A stretch of 64,000 nt of DNA from Dehalococcoidia bacterium (GTDB lineage Bacteria; Chloroflexota; Dehalococcoidia; GIF9; AB-539-J10). The stretch's first letter is position 1. Each line of letters begins with the position of its first letter. The translations under genes and the position numbers were made by a program. A model generated the notes under the pieces. The model did no database searches, was not told the origin of the DNA, and was given only the letters and a program-made list of their open reading frames with translations. This document shows, one piece after another, positions 28,932 through 39,610 of this stretch. The stretch lies in the NCBI GenBank assembly GCA_030615625.1, contig JAUWYX010000002.1, positions 11,995 to 75,994 on the forward strand, given 5' to 3'.

Positions 28932-30575
28932 ATGTCCTCCATAAAAAGCGGCAAGTTGCCTGCCACCCTGGCCAAGATATCCCACCTGTTAGATATCCAG
29001 AAAAAGCAAGGCTATATCGTTGGTGGCTTCATCCGTGATTGGCTTTTGGGGAGGGATACAAATGACATAGATATTGCCGTAAGCGGCGCAGCCATAACCA
29101 TAGCTCGGGAAGTAGCTGGAGAGATAGGAGGCAAATTTGTGCTCCTTGATGATGTCAACGACGTAGCTAGAGTAGTGGTGATTGAAGATGAGCAGCCCGG
29201 AGGGACTTCACAGAACCAAGAATCGCATGGTGCAGAGTGGCATTTTGATTTCTCCCCTTTTACCGGAGACATTGAATCTGATCTTGCCCGCCGCGATTTT
29301 ACCATCAATGCCATGGCTCTGAAACTCAGCCAATTTGTCACCGTCAGTACGGCCCCCGATATGAGTCCCCGAAAATCGGCAAATCTTCTGGCTGAAAAGC
29401 GATCCCCCTTGAAGCTTATCGACCCTTTTTCCGGTAAAGAGGATTTGAGGGATAAAATAGTGCGGGGGGTAAGCGAGCAAATATTTGAAGCCGATGCCGC
29501 AAGACTCTTGCGGGCAGTGAGGTTGGCTGCCGAGCTCGACTTCACCATAGAGCCAGACACAGAATCTTTAATTCGCCGCTATTCTCAGGCTATCACTGAA
29601 GTCCCGGGAGAGAGAGTCAGAGAAGAGTTACTTCGTTTGCTTGCTCTGCCACGGGCTGCTTACTACTTGAGATACTTGGATACACTTGGCCTACTTCTCG
29701 CCCTAATCCCCGAGCTAGCAGAGAGCAAGGGAGTAGAGCAACCAACAGTGCACTTCTGGGATGTCTTCGACCATTCCTTACAGACCGTAGCTGCCATAGA
29801 ATTCCTCATTAGAGAAAGTGATTGGGAGTACAGCAACGACGCTATGCTGTCTACTGTTCCCTGGTCGGACATGATAGACAGGCACTTGTCCCAGGAGGTT
29901 TCCAGCGGAAGTAACCACAAGGTTCTACTCAAGTTAGCTGGGCTATTCCATGATATTGCTAAACCAATGACAAAGTCTATTGATGATACAGGTAGAGCCA
30001 GGTTTTTAGGGCATACCAAGCAAGGAGCAGCTATGACTGCGAACATTTTGGAACGGTTGCGATTTAGCAATCGGGAAATAAGACTGGTGGAAAGCCTTGT
30101 CTATCATCACCTCCGCCCAGTTCAGATGGCAAATGAGGGATTTCCTACCCAACGGGCAATTTATCGCTACTTTCGAGATACCGGCGACGCCGGCATTGAT
30201 ATTCTATTCCTGGCTTTAGCCGATTGTCTGGCCAGCCGCGGTCCCCTGGTATCTATGGAGGATTGGGAAAAACATTGTCAATTAATAAACTACATACTGG
30301 CAGAGCATGACAAGCAGCAAGCCAAAATCTTGCCGGTGAAGCTTATCGATGGCCATGATATAATGGATACCTTTGGCTTAGCACCAGGACCACTGGTTGG
30401 CAAACTCCTCGCTATGGTCAACGAGGCTCATGCCAGCGGTGAGTTAAGCACCAAAGAAGAAGCATTAACCTTGGTTCGAAGGGAACTCCCATCTGTGAGC
30501 AAACAGCAAACAAGAGTTTCTCAAAATTCCCAGAATTCTGGAGTAAAAACAATCCCTAACACAAAGGTAGATTAA
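28932..30575 (+). CDS. cca: CCA tRNA nucleotidyltransferase with HD domain
   Basis: GGFIRDWLLGRDTNDIDIAVSG (PolyA-pol head), RRDFTINAMA, HD domain (LFHDIAKP). Confidence 0.7.
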   Translation: MSSIKSGKLPATLAKISHLLDIQKKQGYIVGGFIRDWLLGRDTNDIDIAVSGAAITIAREVAGEIGGKFVLLDDVNDVARVVVIEDEQPGGTSQNQESHGAEWHFDFSPFTGDIESDLARRDFTINAMALKLSQFVTVSTAPDMSPRKSANLLAEKRSPLKLIDPFSGKEDLRDKIVRGVSEQIFEADAARLLRAVRLAAELDFTIEPDTESLIRRYSQAITEVPGERVREELLRLLALPRAAYYLRYLDTLGLLLALIPELAESKGVEQPTVHFWDVFDHSLQTVAAIEFLIRESDWEYSNDAMLSTVPWSDMIDRHLSQEVSSGSNHKVLLKLAGLFHDIAKPMTKSIDDTGRARFLGHTKQGAAMTANILERLRFSNREIRLVESLVYHHLRPVQMANEGFPTQRAIYRYFRDTGDAGIDILFLALADCLASRGPLVSMEDWEKHCQLINYILAEHDKQQAKILPVKLIDGHDIMDTFGLAPGPLVGKLLAMVNEAHASGELSTKEEALTLVRRELPSVSKQQTRVSQNSQNSGVKTIPNTKVD

Positions 30576-30576
30576 A

Positions 30577-31953
30577 TTGAGAAGGGGAAGCGTTTATTTA
30601 TTAATTTTCATCCTTGCTCTGGTCGGATTCGCCTTATGGTCCATAGTCCCGCTGGATAGGAATGTTTTCGGCAGGGAAGGACTAAGGCTGGGGCTTGACC
30701 TCGCCGGCGGCAGCTACATGGTTTACCAGGCCGATGTCAGCGATATTGAGGCTGGCAACAGGGATGAAATTATGAAGGGTGTGAAGGAAGTTATAGAAAA
30801 GCGTATTAATGCTCTGGGCATAACCGAGTCCACCGTCCAAATCCAGAAACAAGGGGGGGAATATAACATTGTCATCCAAATACCTGGCATTGCTGACATT
30901 GAGAAGGCTAAGGAGATGGTTGGACTCTTCACCGTGCTCGAATTCAGGGAACAGGATGAGGAGGGAATTTGGGTTCCTGCTACCGGGATAGTCACAGTCA
31001 ATGGCGAGGAAAAGGAGTTAGTTCTCAGCAGTAGATATTTTAAGGAAAACACTTACGTTACTGTAGACCAATTAGGCAGTGCGTTCTTAATGTTTGAGTT
31101 AGACGAAACGGGAGCGCAGCTTTTCAAACAAATAAGCACCCGCCTTATCGGAAAACCGCTAGCTATCTACCTTGGTGATGAGCCACTTCGGGATGAAGAT
31201 GGTCATATCATCGCCCCGACAGTCAGGTCGGTGATAGAAGACAAGGGACAAATTGAAGGGCTGCACCTTGTTGATGCTCAAGAACTATCACGGGTGCTCA
31301 ACGCTGGACGGATCAACGTTCCACTGGGAAGGTGGGTAGAAGGAGAATTTGAACCCAGTGTTCCACTCTATGAAAGGACTGTGAAGGCTACCTTGGGGCA
31401 GGATTCCATCCAGAAGAGCATACGGGCGGCAGGAATTGGGATAGTGTTATTGTTGCTATTTATGCTTGTTTACTACCGTCTACCAGGCTTAGTGGCCTGC
31501 CTTAGCTTAGGGATTTACGGTGTCGTGCTTTTAGCCATTTTCAAGCTCGTGCCTATAACCCTGACTTTGCCTGGTGTGGCCGGCTTCATCCTATCGCTGG
31601 GCATGGCCGTAGATGCCAACGTACTTATCTTCGAGCGCATCAAGGAGGAATTACGGGGGGGGCGCAGCCTGGCGGCTGCCGTTGAGGCTGGATTCAACCG
31701 TGCCTGGACCGCTATCAGAGATAGCAACATCACCACCTTTATCGCCTGCCTCGTCCTTTTCTGGCTTGGCGGCGAGCTTGGTGCTCTTATGGTCAGAGGT
31801 TTTGCCTTGACCTTGTTTATCGGCGTTGCTTTATCCATGTTAACAGCCATTGTTGTCACCAGAACCTTCCTCCGCTTGATTATAGGCAGCCGGGCGGTCA
31901 CTAATCTAGCAGCTTACGGAGTAACGCCATTTCCAGCGAAGCGAGGAACCTGA
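30577..31953 (+). CDS. secD: Protein translocase subunit SecD
   Basis: N-terminal TM, GLDLAGGSY, 6-TM SSD C-terminus. Adjacent to secF. Confidence 0.8.
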   Translation: MRRGSVYLLIFILALVGFALWSIVPLDRNVFGREGLRLGLDLAGGSYMVYQADVSDIEAGNRDEIMKGVKEVIEKRINALGITESTVQIQKQGGEYNIVIQIPGIADIEKAKEMVGLFTVLEFREQDEEGIWVPATGIVTVNGEEKELVLSSRYFKENTYVTVDQLGSAFLMFELDETGAQLFKQISTRLIGKPLAIYLGDEPLRDEDGHIIAPTVRSVIEDKGQIEGLHLVDAQELSRVLNAGRINVPLGRWVEGEFEPSVPLYERTVKATLGQDSIQKSIRAAGIGIVLLLLFMLVYYRLPGLVACLSLGIYGVVLLAIFKLVPITLTLPGVAGFILSLGMAVDANVLIFERIKEELRGGRSLAAAVEAGFNRAWTAIRDSNITTFIACLVLFWLGGELGALMVRGFALTLFIGVALSMLTAIVVTRTFLRLIIGSRAVTNLAAYGVTPFPAKRGT

Positions 31954-31954
31954 G

Positions 31955-32908
31955 ATGATAGACTTTGTCGGTAAGAGGCAGTGGTTTTTCCTTATCTCGT
32001 GGATACTCGTAGTTATAGGAATCATTTCCCTGGTCATTTCTCAAATACAGATCAAATCCCCACTGCAGCTTGGAATCGATTTTACTGGTGGCACTTCTAT
32101 GATTCTTCAATTTAGCCCTATAGATAGCCATGAAGTACCCTGGAGCGATTTCCAAAGCCAGTTGCGGCAGGAGATGGCTGAGCTGGGATACGACAAGGCA
32201 CGCATTCAAGACGCTGGCGAAGGCGATTTCATCATCTCCACCAGGGAAATAACCTCAGATGAGGCAAGTGAATTGGCCGAGAAACTCGGGACAGAATTGG
32301 ATTCCCAGGTTGAAATAATCGATTACTACTTTGTTTCGGGAACAGTGGCGGCGAAAACAGCACGCAATGCCGTCATCGCCGTAATAATAGCTGCTGTGGC
32401 TATGATGTTTTACATTGTCTGGGCGTTTCGCCGCATGCCCAGTCCCTTTCGCTGGGGTACCTGCGCCATCATTGCTCTCATCCATGATGTGTTCATAATA
32501 GTGGGCATCTTCTCCATCTTGGGTTGGCTTGGCGGGGTGGCGATTGATGCCCTGTTTATCACCGGACTGCTTGCCGTTGTCGGCTACAGCATCAATAATA
32601 CTGTGGTTGTCTTTGACCGCATTCGGGAAAATGTATCAAGGCACATCAGAGCCGACTTCGCCGAGACTGTAAACGATAGCCTCATAGAAACGCTGGGGAG
32701 GTGTTTAAATACTGCCCTGACCACCATTTTTGTGCTCTTAGCCTTGTTCCTTTTTGGCGGAGCCACCATACACTATTTCGTCCTGGTGTTGATCCTCGGC
32801 GTTATCATCGGCACCTACAGCTCTGTCTGCATCTCCAGCCAGCTTCTGGTGGTGTGGGAAAAGCGAGAGTGGAGGGCACTCTTGCCTTTCGCTAAGAGAC
32901 CAGCCTAG
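31955..32908 (+). CDS. secF: Protein translocase subunit SecF
   Basis: GIDFTGGT, C-terminal 6 TM. 1-nt spacing from secD. Confidence 0.8.
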   Translation: MIDFVGKRQWFFLISWILVVIGIISLVISQIQIKSPLQLGIDFTGGTSMILQFSPIDSHEVPWSDFQSQLRQEMAELGYDKARIQDAGEGDFIISTREITSDEASELAEKLGTELDSQVEIIDYYFVSGTVAAKTARNAVIAVIIAAVAMMFYIVWAFRRMPSPFRWGTCAIIALIHDVFIIVGIFSILGWLGGVAIDALFITGLLAVVGYSINNTVVVFDRIRENVSRHIRADFAETVNDSLIETLGRCLNTALTTIFVLLALFLFGGATIHYFVLVLILGVIIGTYSSVCISSQLLVVWEKREWRALLPFAKRPA

Positions 32909-33081
32909 TCGGAAATATCAAACCGATTTCTAATACCTAAGCTCTAAATCCTAAACAACCTCAAAATTCTAGACTTAAATACCAAAACTCAGATTGCTAC
33001 CCCAGTCTCTGCCAACTCTTCGATATCAGGTACATAACAATGGCATTGCATGAAATAGCGAGCTGTTCGCCGCGTGGGTAG

Positions 33082-33777
33082 TTGACCTGGATGGTACCTG
33101 TTCCGTATCATATTTGGCAACAGGCCTCGGAGACAGACAAAATAGACGGCCATATGATGAACAGTAGTGAGGACGACATAGTGCGATTGAACAGGTCTCA
33201 CGTTAAGCGTGCTACTGAGGCACTAACCAGGGCATTCTGGAATCACCCACCTCTCCAATATTACTTCCCCGACGAGGCGGAGCGGGAAAAGATAGCGCCC
33301 TACTTCTTCTCTTTATCTGTCTTCAATGGCATCCGATATGGTGAAGTGCATGCCACATCTCAAGATTTGGAGGGAATCGCCGTTTGGCTGCCATCCGACA
33401 ACTACCCCGTTACACTGTGGCGACTGTTGCGTTCCGTTCCACCCTCCGAGATTCTTGGCGTTGCGAGATACGGAGGGTCCAGAATGAGGGGTCTTGGCCA
33501 ATATATAGATGCCATGCACGGTCGATTGGCCCCATTTAAGCATTGGTTCCTGCAGGCCATCGGTGTAGACCCTCAGTTTCAGGAAAGAGGCTATGCTAGT
33601 AAGTTGCTCAGGCCAATGCTGGCAAGAATAGATGAAGAGGGTCTGCCATGCTATCTTGAGACGCTCGAAGGACAAAACGTCCGGCTCTACGAGCACTTCG
33701 GCTTCAAAGTGATAGAAGAATCTAATGTTCCTGACACTAGCCTGACTAACTGGGCAATGTTGAGAGACGCTCGGTAG
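33082..33777 (+). CDS. GNAT-family N-acetyltransferase
   Basis: QFQERGYASKLL (acetyl-CoA-binding Q/RxxGxG/A). Start may be the internal MMNSS at 33151. Confidence 0.6.
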   Translation: MTWMVPVPYHIWQQASETDKIDGHMMNSSEDDIVRLNRSHVKRATEALTRAFWNHPPLQYYFPDEAEREKIAPYFFSLSVFNGIRYGEVHATSQDLEGIAVWLPSDNYPVTLWRLLRSVPPSEILGVARYGGSRMRGLGQYIDAMHGRLAPFKHWFLQAIGVDPQFQERGYASKLLRPMLARIDEEGLPCYLETLEGQNVRLYEHFGFKVIEESNVPDTSLTNWAMLRDAR

Positions 33778-33991
33778 TCAAGGCAACTCATTACCGGAAC
33801 GGGGTTCTCATCTGTAGGGCAAGCACAATGGTCATCACCCGATTGCACGATTACTCATTTCGTTTTGAATTTTGGTCATTAGATGAGAGGAACTAAATTT
33901 TTCCTTTCTTTTGTTTAGGATTTCAAATTTTGTGCTTAGAATTTGTCGTATTTTGCCTTGTCATTTTGCATTTTTATTGTTGAATTTTGGT

Positions 33992-35032
33992 TTAGTATCC
34001 CTCTAGGTGGTGTATTCTCTTTATTGCCTCGATATGCTCATCAAATCCCTCGGGCTTTCTTGCCATTGATGCTTTCCCCACGGGGTCATCTATCTCCGAA
34101 TTACCTAGAAGTACATCAAAGACAGCTTTTATGGAAGAAGCGACTACCTGAAGATTATAGCCACCTTCTAGAGTAAAAACGAGACGTCCCTGGCATAGTT
34201 CGGCTGCCAGTTCCTTCAATATCATCGCCATTTGAGTAAAACCTGTGACAGTTGCCTGCATCATAGCCAGGTGGTCAGCCCAATGAGCATCGAAGCCAGC
34301 AGAAACCAGGATGAGCTGTGGCTGAAATTTCCGGGCTACTGGAACCAAGACCTCGTTGAAGGCTCTCAAGTATTCCTCATCGTCCCAACCGGCAGCCATA
34401 GGAAAGTTGGCCGTAGTGCCCTCTCCTTCACCCGTTCCAGTTTCATCCATCCACCCTGTCCCGGGATAAAAGGGATACTGGTGGGTAGAGAAGTAAAGGA
34501 CTCTGGGGTCGGCATAAAAAGCATCCTGAGTCCCATTGCCATGATGGACATCAAAATCAGCGATAAGAACACGGTTGATACTGAACTTGCTTAGGGCAAA
34601 TTTAGCGGCGATTGCCACATTATTGAAAATGCAGAAGCCCATTGCTCGATTATGAATGGCATGGTGTCCTGGTGGTCTAACCAGAGCAAAGGCGTTATCC
34701 ACCTCCCCCTTCATCACCTCTTCTACAGCCACCAGGAGCCCACCGGCAGCATATAAGGCTGCTTCGTAAGACTTCGGAGACATTACGGTATCAGGGTCAA
34801 GCCAGCCACCACCCTTTTCCGCTTTGCTCTTAACGTAGGAGATGTACTCTGTCGTATGTATCATCTCTAGCTCTTCTAGCAAGGCGGGGCGTGGAGGCAG
34901 ACAGGTGAGTTTTTCCTTAATTCCAGTTTCTTTCAAATAAGACACCGCAGCTACCAGCCTGTGAGAATTCTCCACGTGGTCACCGGTATCGTGTTCCAAA
35001 TAGATTGGGTCATAAACCAGGCCGGCTTTCAT
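33992..35032 (-). CDS. Histone-deacetylase-family amidohydrolase (AcuC/acetylpolyamine amidohydrolase-like)
   Basis: YDPIYLEHDTGDHVEN, HHGNG, DFDVHHGNGTQ, FDAHWAD. Confidence 0.7.
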   Translation of the reverse strand: MKAGLVYDPIYLEHDTGDHVENSHRLVAAVSYLKETGIKEKLTCLPPRPALLEELEMIHTTEYISYVKSKAEKGGGWLDPDTVMSPKSYEAALYAAGGLLVAVEEVMKGEVDNAFALVRPPGHHAIHNRAMGFCIFNNVAIAAKFALSKFSINRVLIADFDVHHGNGTQDAFYADPRVLYFSTHQYPFYPGTGWMDETGTGEGEGTTANFPMAAGWDDEEYLRAFNEVLVPVARKFQPQLILVSAGFDAHWADHLAMMQATVTGFTQMAMILKELAAELCQGRLVFTLEGGYNLQVVASSIKAVFDVLLGNSEIDDPVGKASMARKPEGFDEHIEAIKRIHHLEGY

Positions 35033-35121
35033 ACTCGCATCATATCAAAGGTGCTCAAGCAAAAACAATTATGGGCGAGGCTTTCCAGAGCAAGTATTGA
35101 TTTTTATCACGGAAAACATCT

Positions 35122-35955
35122 ATGCTGTGGGATGCACAATTCCGTGAAGGAAAGCTTTGTCCTGTGACCAGAGAAGAGATAAAAGAGTTGCTCAACGAGG
35201 CGGAGAAGAGGTTTGCCTCGGAGGCAAAGTTGATACAGTTGGAGTCAGGCGGAGTCATTTTCGTCGGCGATACTCATGGTGACCTCGAAGCCACGGAGAA
35301 AATTATCCACAGGTATTTCAAATCGGAGAATAAGCTGGTTTTCCTGGGGGACTATGTTGACCGGGGACCAGCTTCCCTGGAGAACATTAACTTTTTGCTT
35401 GGACAAAAAATTGAGCACCCCGATTCTCTTTATCTGCTTATGGGAAATCACGAAGGCCATGCTGTAGTCAGCTTCCACCCCGCCGATTTCTGGGAAGGAC
35501 TGGATGCCGAACTTCGCCAGCGATATAGTGAGGTCCTTTCCATGTTGCCACTGGCCGTGTCCACGCCAAATGGAATCATTGCTCTGCATGGAGCACTCCC
35601 CGACGTATCAGGTTTAGAAGATATAAGTAGGATAAAGCTAGGTAGTGCCGAATGGCACCAAATAACCTGGGGGGACTGGCAGGAAACGGACGGGAAGTTC
35701 CTGGGAATCGATCCCTATACCGGGAGGCCTCAATTCGGGCGAGGCTGGTTCGAGGAAATCATGTCCCGCTTGGGCAAAAATGTCTTGATAAGGTCTCACC
35801 AGCCAGATGCCCCACCCACAATGTATGGCAGAAGATGCCTTACTATATTCACCTCTTCAGCTTATAGACATTATATTTCTGAGCGCACCATAGCCTTGGT
35901 TGATTCGAGAAAAGTGGTTAAGAGCGTGGATGATATAGAGATAGAGATTGTCTAA
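35122..35955 (+). CDS. PPP-family Ser/Thr metallophosphatase
   Basis: GDTHGD, GDYVDRG, GNHE. Confidence 0.7.
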   Translation: MLWDAQFREGKLCPVTREEIKELLNEAEKRFASEAKLIQLESGGVIFVGDTHGDLEATEKIIHRYFKSENKLVFLGDYVDRGPASLENINFLLGQKIEHPDSLYLLMGNHEGHAVVSFHPADFWEGLDAELRQRYSEVLSMLPLAVSTPNGIIALHGALPDVSGLEDISRIKLGSAEWHQITWGDWQETDGKFLGIDPYTGRPQFGRGWFEEIMSRLGKNVLIRSHQPDAPPTMYGRRCLTIFTSSAYRHYISERTIALVDSRKVVKSVDDIEIEIV

Positions 35956-36305
35956 TGTGCTCATCTGGCTTGGCATTTTCTGCTGGGCCTGGGTGCCGCC
36001 TTTGGTAATCTGGCTCAGAAGACGCCGAAGGGCGAAGAGCTAATTCTCAATGCCTTCCTGCTAGGGCTTAGCAATTGCCTGCCCACCCCCACGGGGTTTG
36101 AGGAAGTCAACCAAACAACACGGCTTACTGTGCAATAGTACAAAATTATGTTGCCTTAGATAAATACCCAACGAGTTAGTTATCATTCTCCGTTGTTAGT
36201 TTCGTAATTTACCTCATTGGTATTATCTGAAGATTATGCAACAATCTTGACATGACTTCTTCAGGCATCTACACTATTAAAACCACCTGATGAGGTCTGA
36301 AAGTA

Positions 36306-36725
36306 ATGATATGCCCTGTTTGTAAATACGATATGATAGTCGTTGAGTATCATAATATTGAGCTCGATTATTGTAATAGTTGTAAGGGAGTGTGGTTTGA
36401 CTCTGGAGAGCTTGAGCTTTTGCTTGAGTCGCATGGTCTTGAAGAGACAAAGGTGTTCCTTGATGGCATCCTCAACTCGCAGGAAGCCGTTTCATCAGAA
36501 AAGAAACGGAATTGCCCCATCTGTGGCCATAAGATGAAAAAAACAGCTATAGGCGGACAGCCTAAAATCCTCATTGATATATGCCGTGATGAACATGGAT
36601 TGTGGTTTGACGGGGGTGAGGTTACTCAACTGATAAGACATCTGGCTGGGGAACATCCGCCAAAACATGATTCCAGGGAACAGGTTATCAGTTTCCTGGA
36701 AGAAGTATTCGAAGCCCCGCAGTAA
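36306..36725 (+). CDS. Double TFIIB-type zinc-ribbon protein
   Basis: Two CPxC...(D/N)xCxxCxGxWFDxGE modules. Confidence 0.5.
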   Translation: MICPVCKYDMIVVEYHNIELDYCNSCKGVWFDSGELELLLESHGLEETKVFLDGILNSQEAVSSEKKRNCPICGHKMKKTAIGGQPKILIDICRDEHGLWFDGGEVTQLIRHLAGEHPPKHDSREQVISFLEEVFEAPQ

Positions 36726-36779
36726 GGCAGCGATGACAATTAAGTAACACCCGGAGAATATTAGCTAAGGAGGTTTAAT

Positions 36780-37346
36780 ATGAATGTAGCAGTTTATATC
36801 ATTATCGGTGTTGTTGTGGTTCTTCTTATCATATTCCTAGCTATCTACAACGGCCTGGTCAGGCGGCGTAATCAAGTAAAGAACTCCTGGGCGCAGATTG
36901 ACGTTCAGCTAAAACGACGCTATGACCTCATTCCCAACCTGGTGGAAACTGCCAAGGGCTATATGAAACACGAGCGAGAAACCTTGGAGGCAGTAACCAA
37001 CGCCCGTAATCTTGCCCAGCAACTGTCGTCTGCTGGAGCTGGTGAGCGAGCCAAGGCCGAAGGTGAGCTGAGTTCGGTCCTATCCCGCTTACTGGCTGTA
37101 GTGGAAAACTACCCCGATCTTAAAGCCAATCAGAACTTTCTGGCACTTCAGGAGGAGCTTGCCTCAACCGAGAACAAGATAAGTTTTTCTCGCCAGTTTT
37201 ACAATGATTCAGTCCTGAAATATAACAACCAGACGCAGATGTTTCCGTCTAACATTGTAGCCAGCATGACCGGGTTTAAGGCTAGTGAATTCTTCGAGGT
37301 TACTCTAGCCGCCGAAAGAGAAGCGCCCAAGGTTAGTTTCACTTAG
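36780..37346 (+). CDS. LemA-family protein
   Basis: N-terminal TM and the conserved LemA core (NGLVRRRNQVKNSWAQIDVQLKRRYDLIPNLVETAKGY). Confidence 0.75.
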   Translation: MNVAVYIIIGVVVVLLIIFLAIYNGLVRRRNQVKNSWAQIDVQLKRRYDLIPNLVETAKGYMKHERETLEAVTNARNLAQQLSSAGAGERAKAEGELSSVLSRLLAVVENYPDLKANQNFLALQEELASTENKISFSRQFYNDSVLKYNNQTQMFPSNIVASMTGFKASEFFEVTLAAEREAPKVSFT

Positions 37347-37364
37347 TAAGAAGACACTTCAGCT

Positions 37365-38567
37365 GTGTGGGAACAGATTAGGTCTAATCAAATAAGGTCG
37401 GTAGTGCTGACAATAGGCATGGGAGCATTACTGATCCTTATCGGCTATTTCCTGGGCCTGTACTTCTTTGATAGTGCTATTGTGGGTTTGGTCATTGCCA
37501 TATTAGTATGGGCAGTCCTGAGTTTAATCGGCTATTTCCAGAGTGATAGTATCCTGCTTAGGATGTCGAGGGCGAAGAAAATTAAGCGTGATGACCACCC
37601 TCGCCTATACAATGTGGTTGAGGAAATGAAGATTGCCTCCGGCCTGGAGAAAATGCCCGACATATACATCATTGATGACCCGGCACTAAATGCCTTCGCC
37701 ACTGGTCGTGACCCCAAGCGGGCATCCGTAGCTATCACATCGGGACTGCTACAAAAATTAAACCGCGATGAGTTACAAGGGGTCATCGCCCACGAAATAT
37801 CACACGTCAAGAACCGGGATGTGCTGCTTATGTCAATGTGTAGTATCCTGCTCGGTACTATCGTTATCCTGGCCTGGTATGGGTCACGCATTATGATTTT
37901 TGGCAGCATGACCGGGTCAAGAAGAAGCTCCTCATCAGGTGGGGGTGGGCAGGCTCAGATAATAATTCTGGTCGTGTCACTCGTATTTATGATACTGGCG
38001 CCGATTATGGCGCAGCTCATTTACTTTGCCATCTCTCGGAAGAGAGAGTACCTGGCAGATGCCTCGGCAGCCCTCTACACCAGGTACCCTGAAGGACTGG
38101 CATCAGCCCTGAAAAAGCTGGGTACCTCAACCGGGCAGCTAAAATCAGCCAATAAGGCCACAGCCCCTATGTATATCGTCAATCCCTTCCGCAAGAAAGG
38201 CATGAAAGCCAGTGACCTCTCCAGCACCCACCCCCCTATATCAGAGAGGATACGCATTCTACGTGCCATGGCTGGCGCCTCTTTTAACGATTATGACCAG
38301 GCTTACAGCAAGGTTCACGGAGGTAAGGGAGTTATGCCCGCTGCCAGCATTGCCGCCGGAACAGTCCCATTAGCAACGGTAAAGCTAGAGGGTGGAGCGG
38401 GTGAACCAAACGAGATACAGCGGGCTCGTGAGACCTCAGATGTAATGTGGCGGCTGAGTAACTATAACACCATTACATGTGACTGCGGTGCCAAGTTACG
38501 AGTGCCACCTAAGTTCAAAGAGCCAGTAATCAAGTGCCCGCATTGTGGTAGAACGCATCAGGTTTGA
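37365..38567 (+). CDS. M48-family zinc metalloprotease (HtpX-like) with C-terminal zinc-ribbon extension
   Basis: AHEISHV (HExxH), multiple TMs, C-terminal CDCGAKLR...CPHCG. GTG start. LemA plus M48 is a recurrent gene pair. Confidence 0.7.
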   Translation: MWEQIRSNQIRSVVLTIGMGALLILIGYFLGLYFFDSAIVGLVIAILVWAVLSLIGYFQSDSILLRMSRAKKIKRDDHPRLYNVVEEMKIASGLEKMPDIYIIDDPALNAFATGRDPKRASVAITSGLLQKLNRDELQGVIAHEISHVKNRDVLLMSMCSILLGTIVILAWYGSRIMIFGSMTGSRRSSSSGGGGQAQIIILVVSLVFMILAPIMAQLIYFAISRKREYLADASAALYTRYPEGLASALKKLGTSTGQLKSANKATAPMYIVNPFRKKGMKASDLSSTHPPISERIRILRAMAGASFNDYDQAYSKVHGGKGVMPAASIAAGTVPLATVKLEGGAGEPNEIQRARETSDVMWRLSNYNTITCDCGAKLRVPPKFKEPVIKCPHCGRTHQV

Positions 38568-38689
38568 GAAGATTGATTATTGTTACCCAAATCTCTTCCT
38601 GTACCATCGGTAACTTCAGCACCTATGGTGATGCCGGTTGGGACTTCTTCCAGAATCCTTTGTTAAGCTATCTCAGCTACACAAAATGA

Positions 38690-38915
38690 CGAACTGTTGA
38701 GGCAGGACATAGTGCTTAAAAGGACTCTTAATTTGGTTTTGGGGTTCGCACTTTTACAAGCCCGCTTCTTTTCTCAGGATTTTGGCCTTGTCCGTTCTCT
38801 CCCAGGGCAGGTCGAGGTCTTCCCTGCCAAAATGCCCATAAGTGGCGGTTTGGCGGTAAATGGGGCGTCGCAGGTCCAAAGTCTTTATGATAGCCTCAGG
38901 GCGAAAGTCGCCCTC
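38690..38915 (-). pseudogene. Orphan diverged duplicate of the metK 3' end (last ~55 codons plus ~60 nt downstream)
   Basis: About 220 nt at about 85% identity to 41535-41755 (TGTT.AGGCAGGACATA.TGCT.A.AGGACTCTT.A.TTGGTTTTGG...CCTCAGGGCGAAAGTCG). Confidence 0.6.
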
Positions 38916-38917
38916 TA

Positions 38918-39610
38918 TCAGAAGGTGCTCTTTTTAACTTTTCTCAAGATTAACCATGGAATGGCTAGCGCAATGCCTATGGGGATGAGCAATCGGGCTG
39001 CGACGATAACCCTCTCTTTCGCTACCACCGATGCTATTTCCCTTATCGCCATATTGACTTCCACCACACTAGAGGATGGGTTGGCAATTACGGCCATGAT
39101 GTCAAGGGCATCCGCTGGAAACAACTCGTGGGAAAACGTGCTGCTCGGAGGCGGGTCCCACAAGATAATCTCGGGGTGTGCTTGCAGGCCCTTGTCTAAA
39201 ACGACCACGTTCCACAGCATACTCTGAGTTTGGGGATCGTCTAAATTAGGAAGTGTCTGTTCAGGATACGCCTCGTGGAAAAAAATCAGCGGCATGGCGT
39301 AGAACTCAATAAATATCTCATCTAAATCAGGATATGTCTCCTTAAGCAATGTTCTCCAGTTATCGAGTTCAACTGGGCTTACTCCGAGGAGATAAACATG
39401 GACGTTATCGGTAGACTCCACCGAGATTTGCAATCCAGTTTGAGGCGAGTAAACCCTTAACTCCCTAATCATATATTGTTCAGGCTCGATAGGCTGAATC
39501 CACCCAGATTGGGATCCAGCACCTGAGGGAATGAGAGAGAAGACAAGGAGAGCTAAGCCGATCATCAAAATTACCGCGCCTATTCTTCCGAGAAGAGTTA
39601 TCCACCTCAT
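38918..39610 (-). CDS. Membrane protein of unknown function (third gene of the ABC operon)
   Basis: Start [24 protein letters not shown] with a GGAGAT SD and ATGA overlap with the permease stop. C-terminal TM. Confidence 0.5.
   Translation of the reverse strand: MRWITLLGRIGAVILMIGLALLVFSLIPSGAGSQSGWIQPIEPEQYMIRELRVYSPQTGLQISVESTDNVHVYLLGVSPVELDNWRTLLKETYPDLDEIFIEFYAMPLIFFHEAYPEQTLPNLDDPQTQSMLWNVVVLDKGLQAHPEIILWDPPPSSTFSHELFPADALDIMAVIANPSSSVVEVNMAIREIASVVAKERVIVAARLLIPIGIALAIPWLILRKVKKSTF

Noticed and set aside
28141-29560. Minus-strand ORFs 28141..28632 and 29012..29560
   Set aside because: Antisense to the methyltransferase and CCA-adding enzyme genes. Ser/Ala-rich shadow frames.
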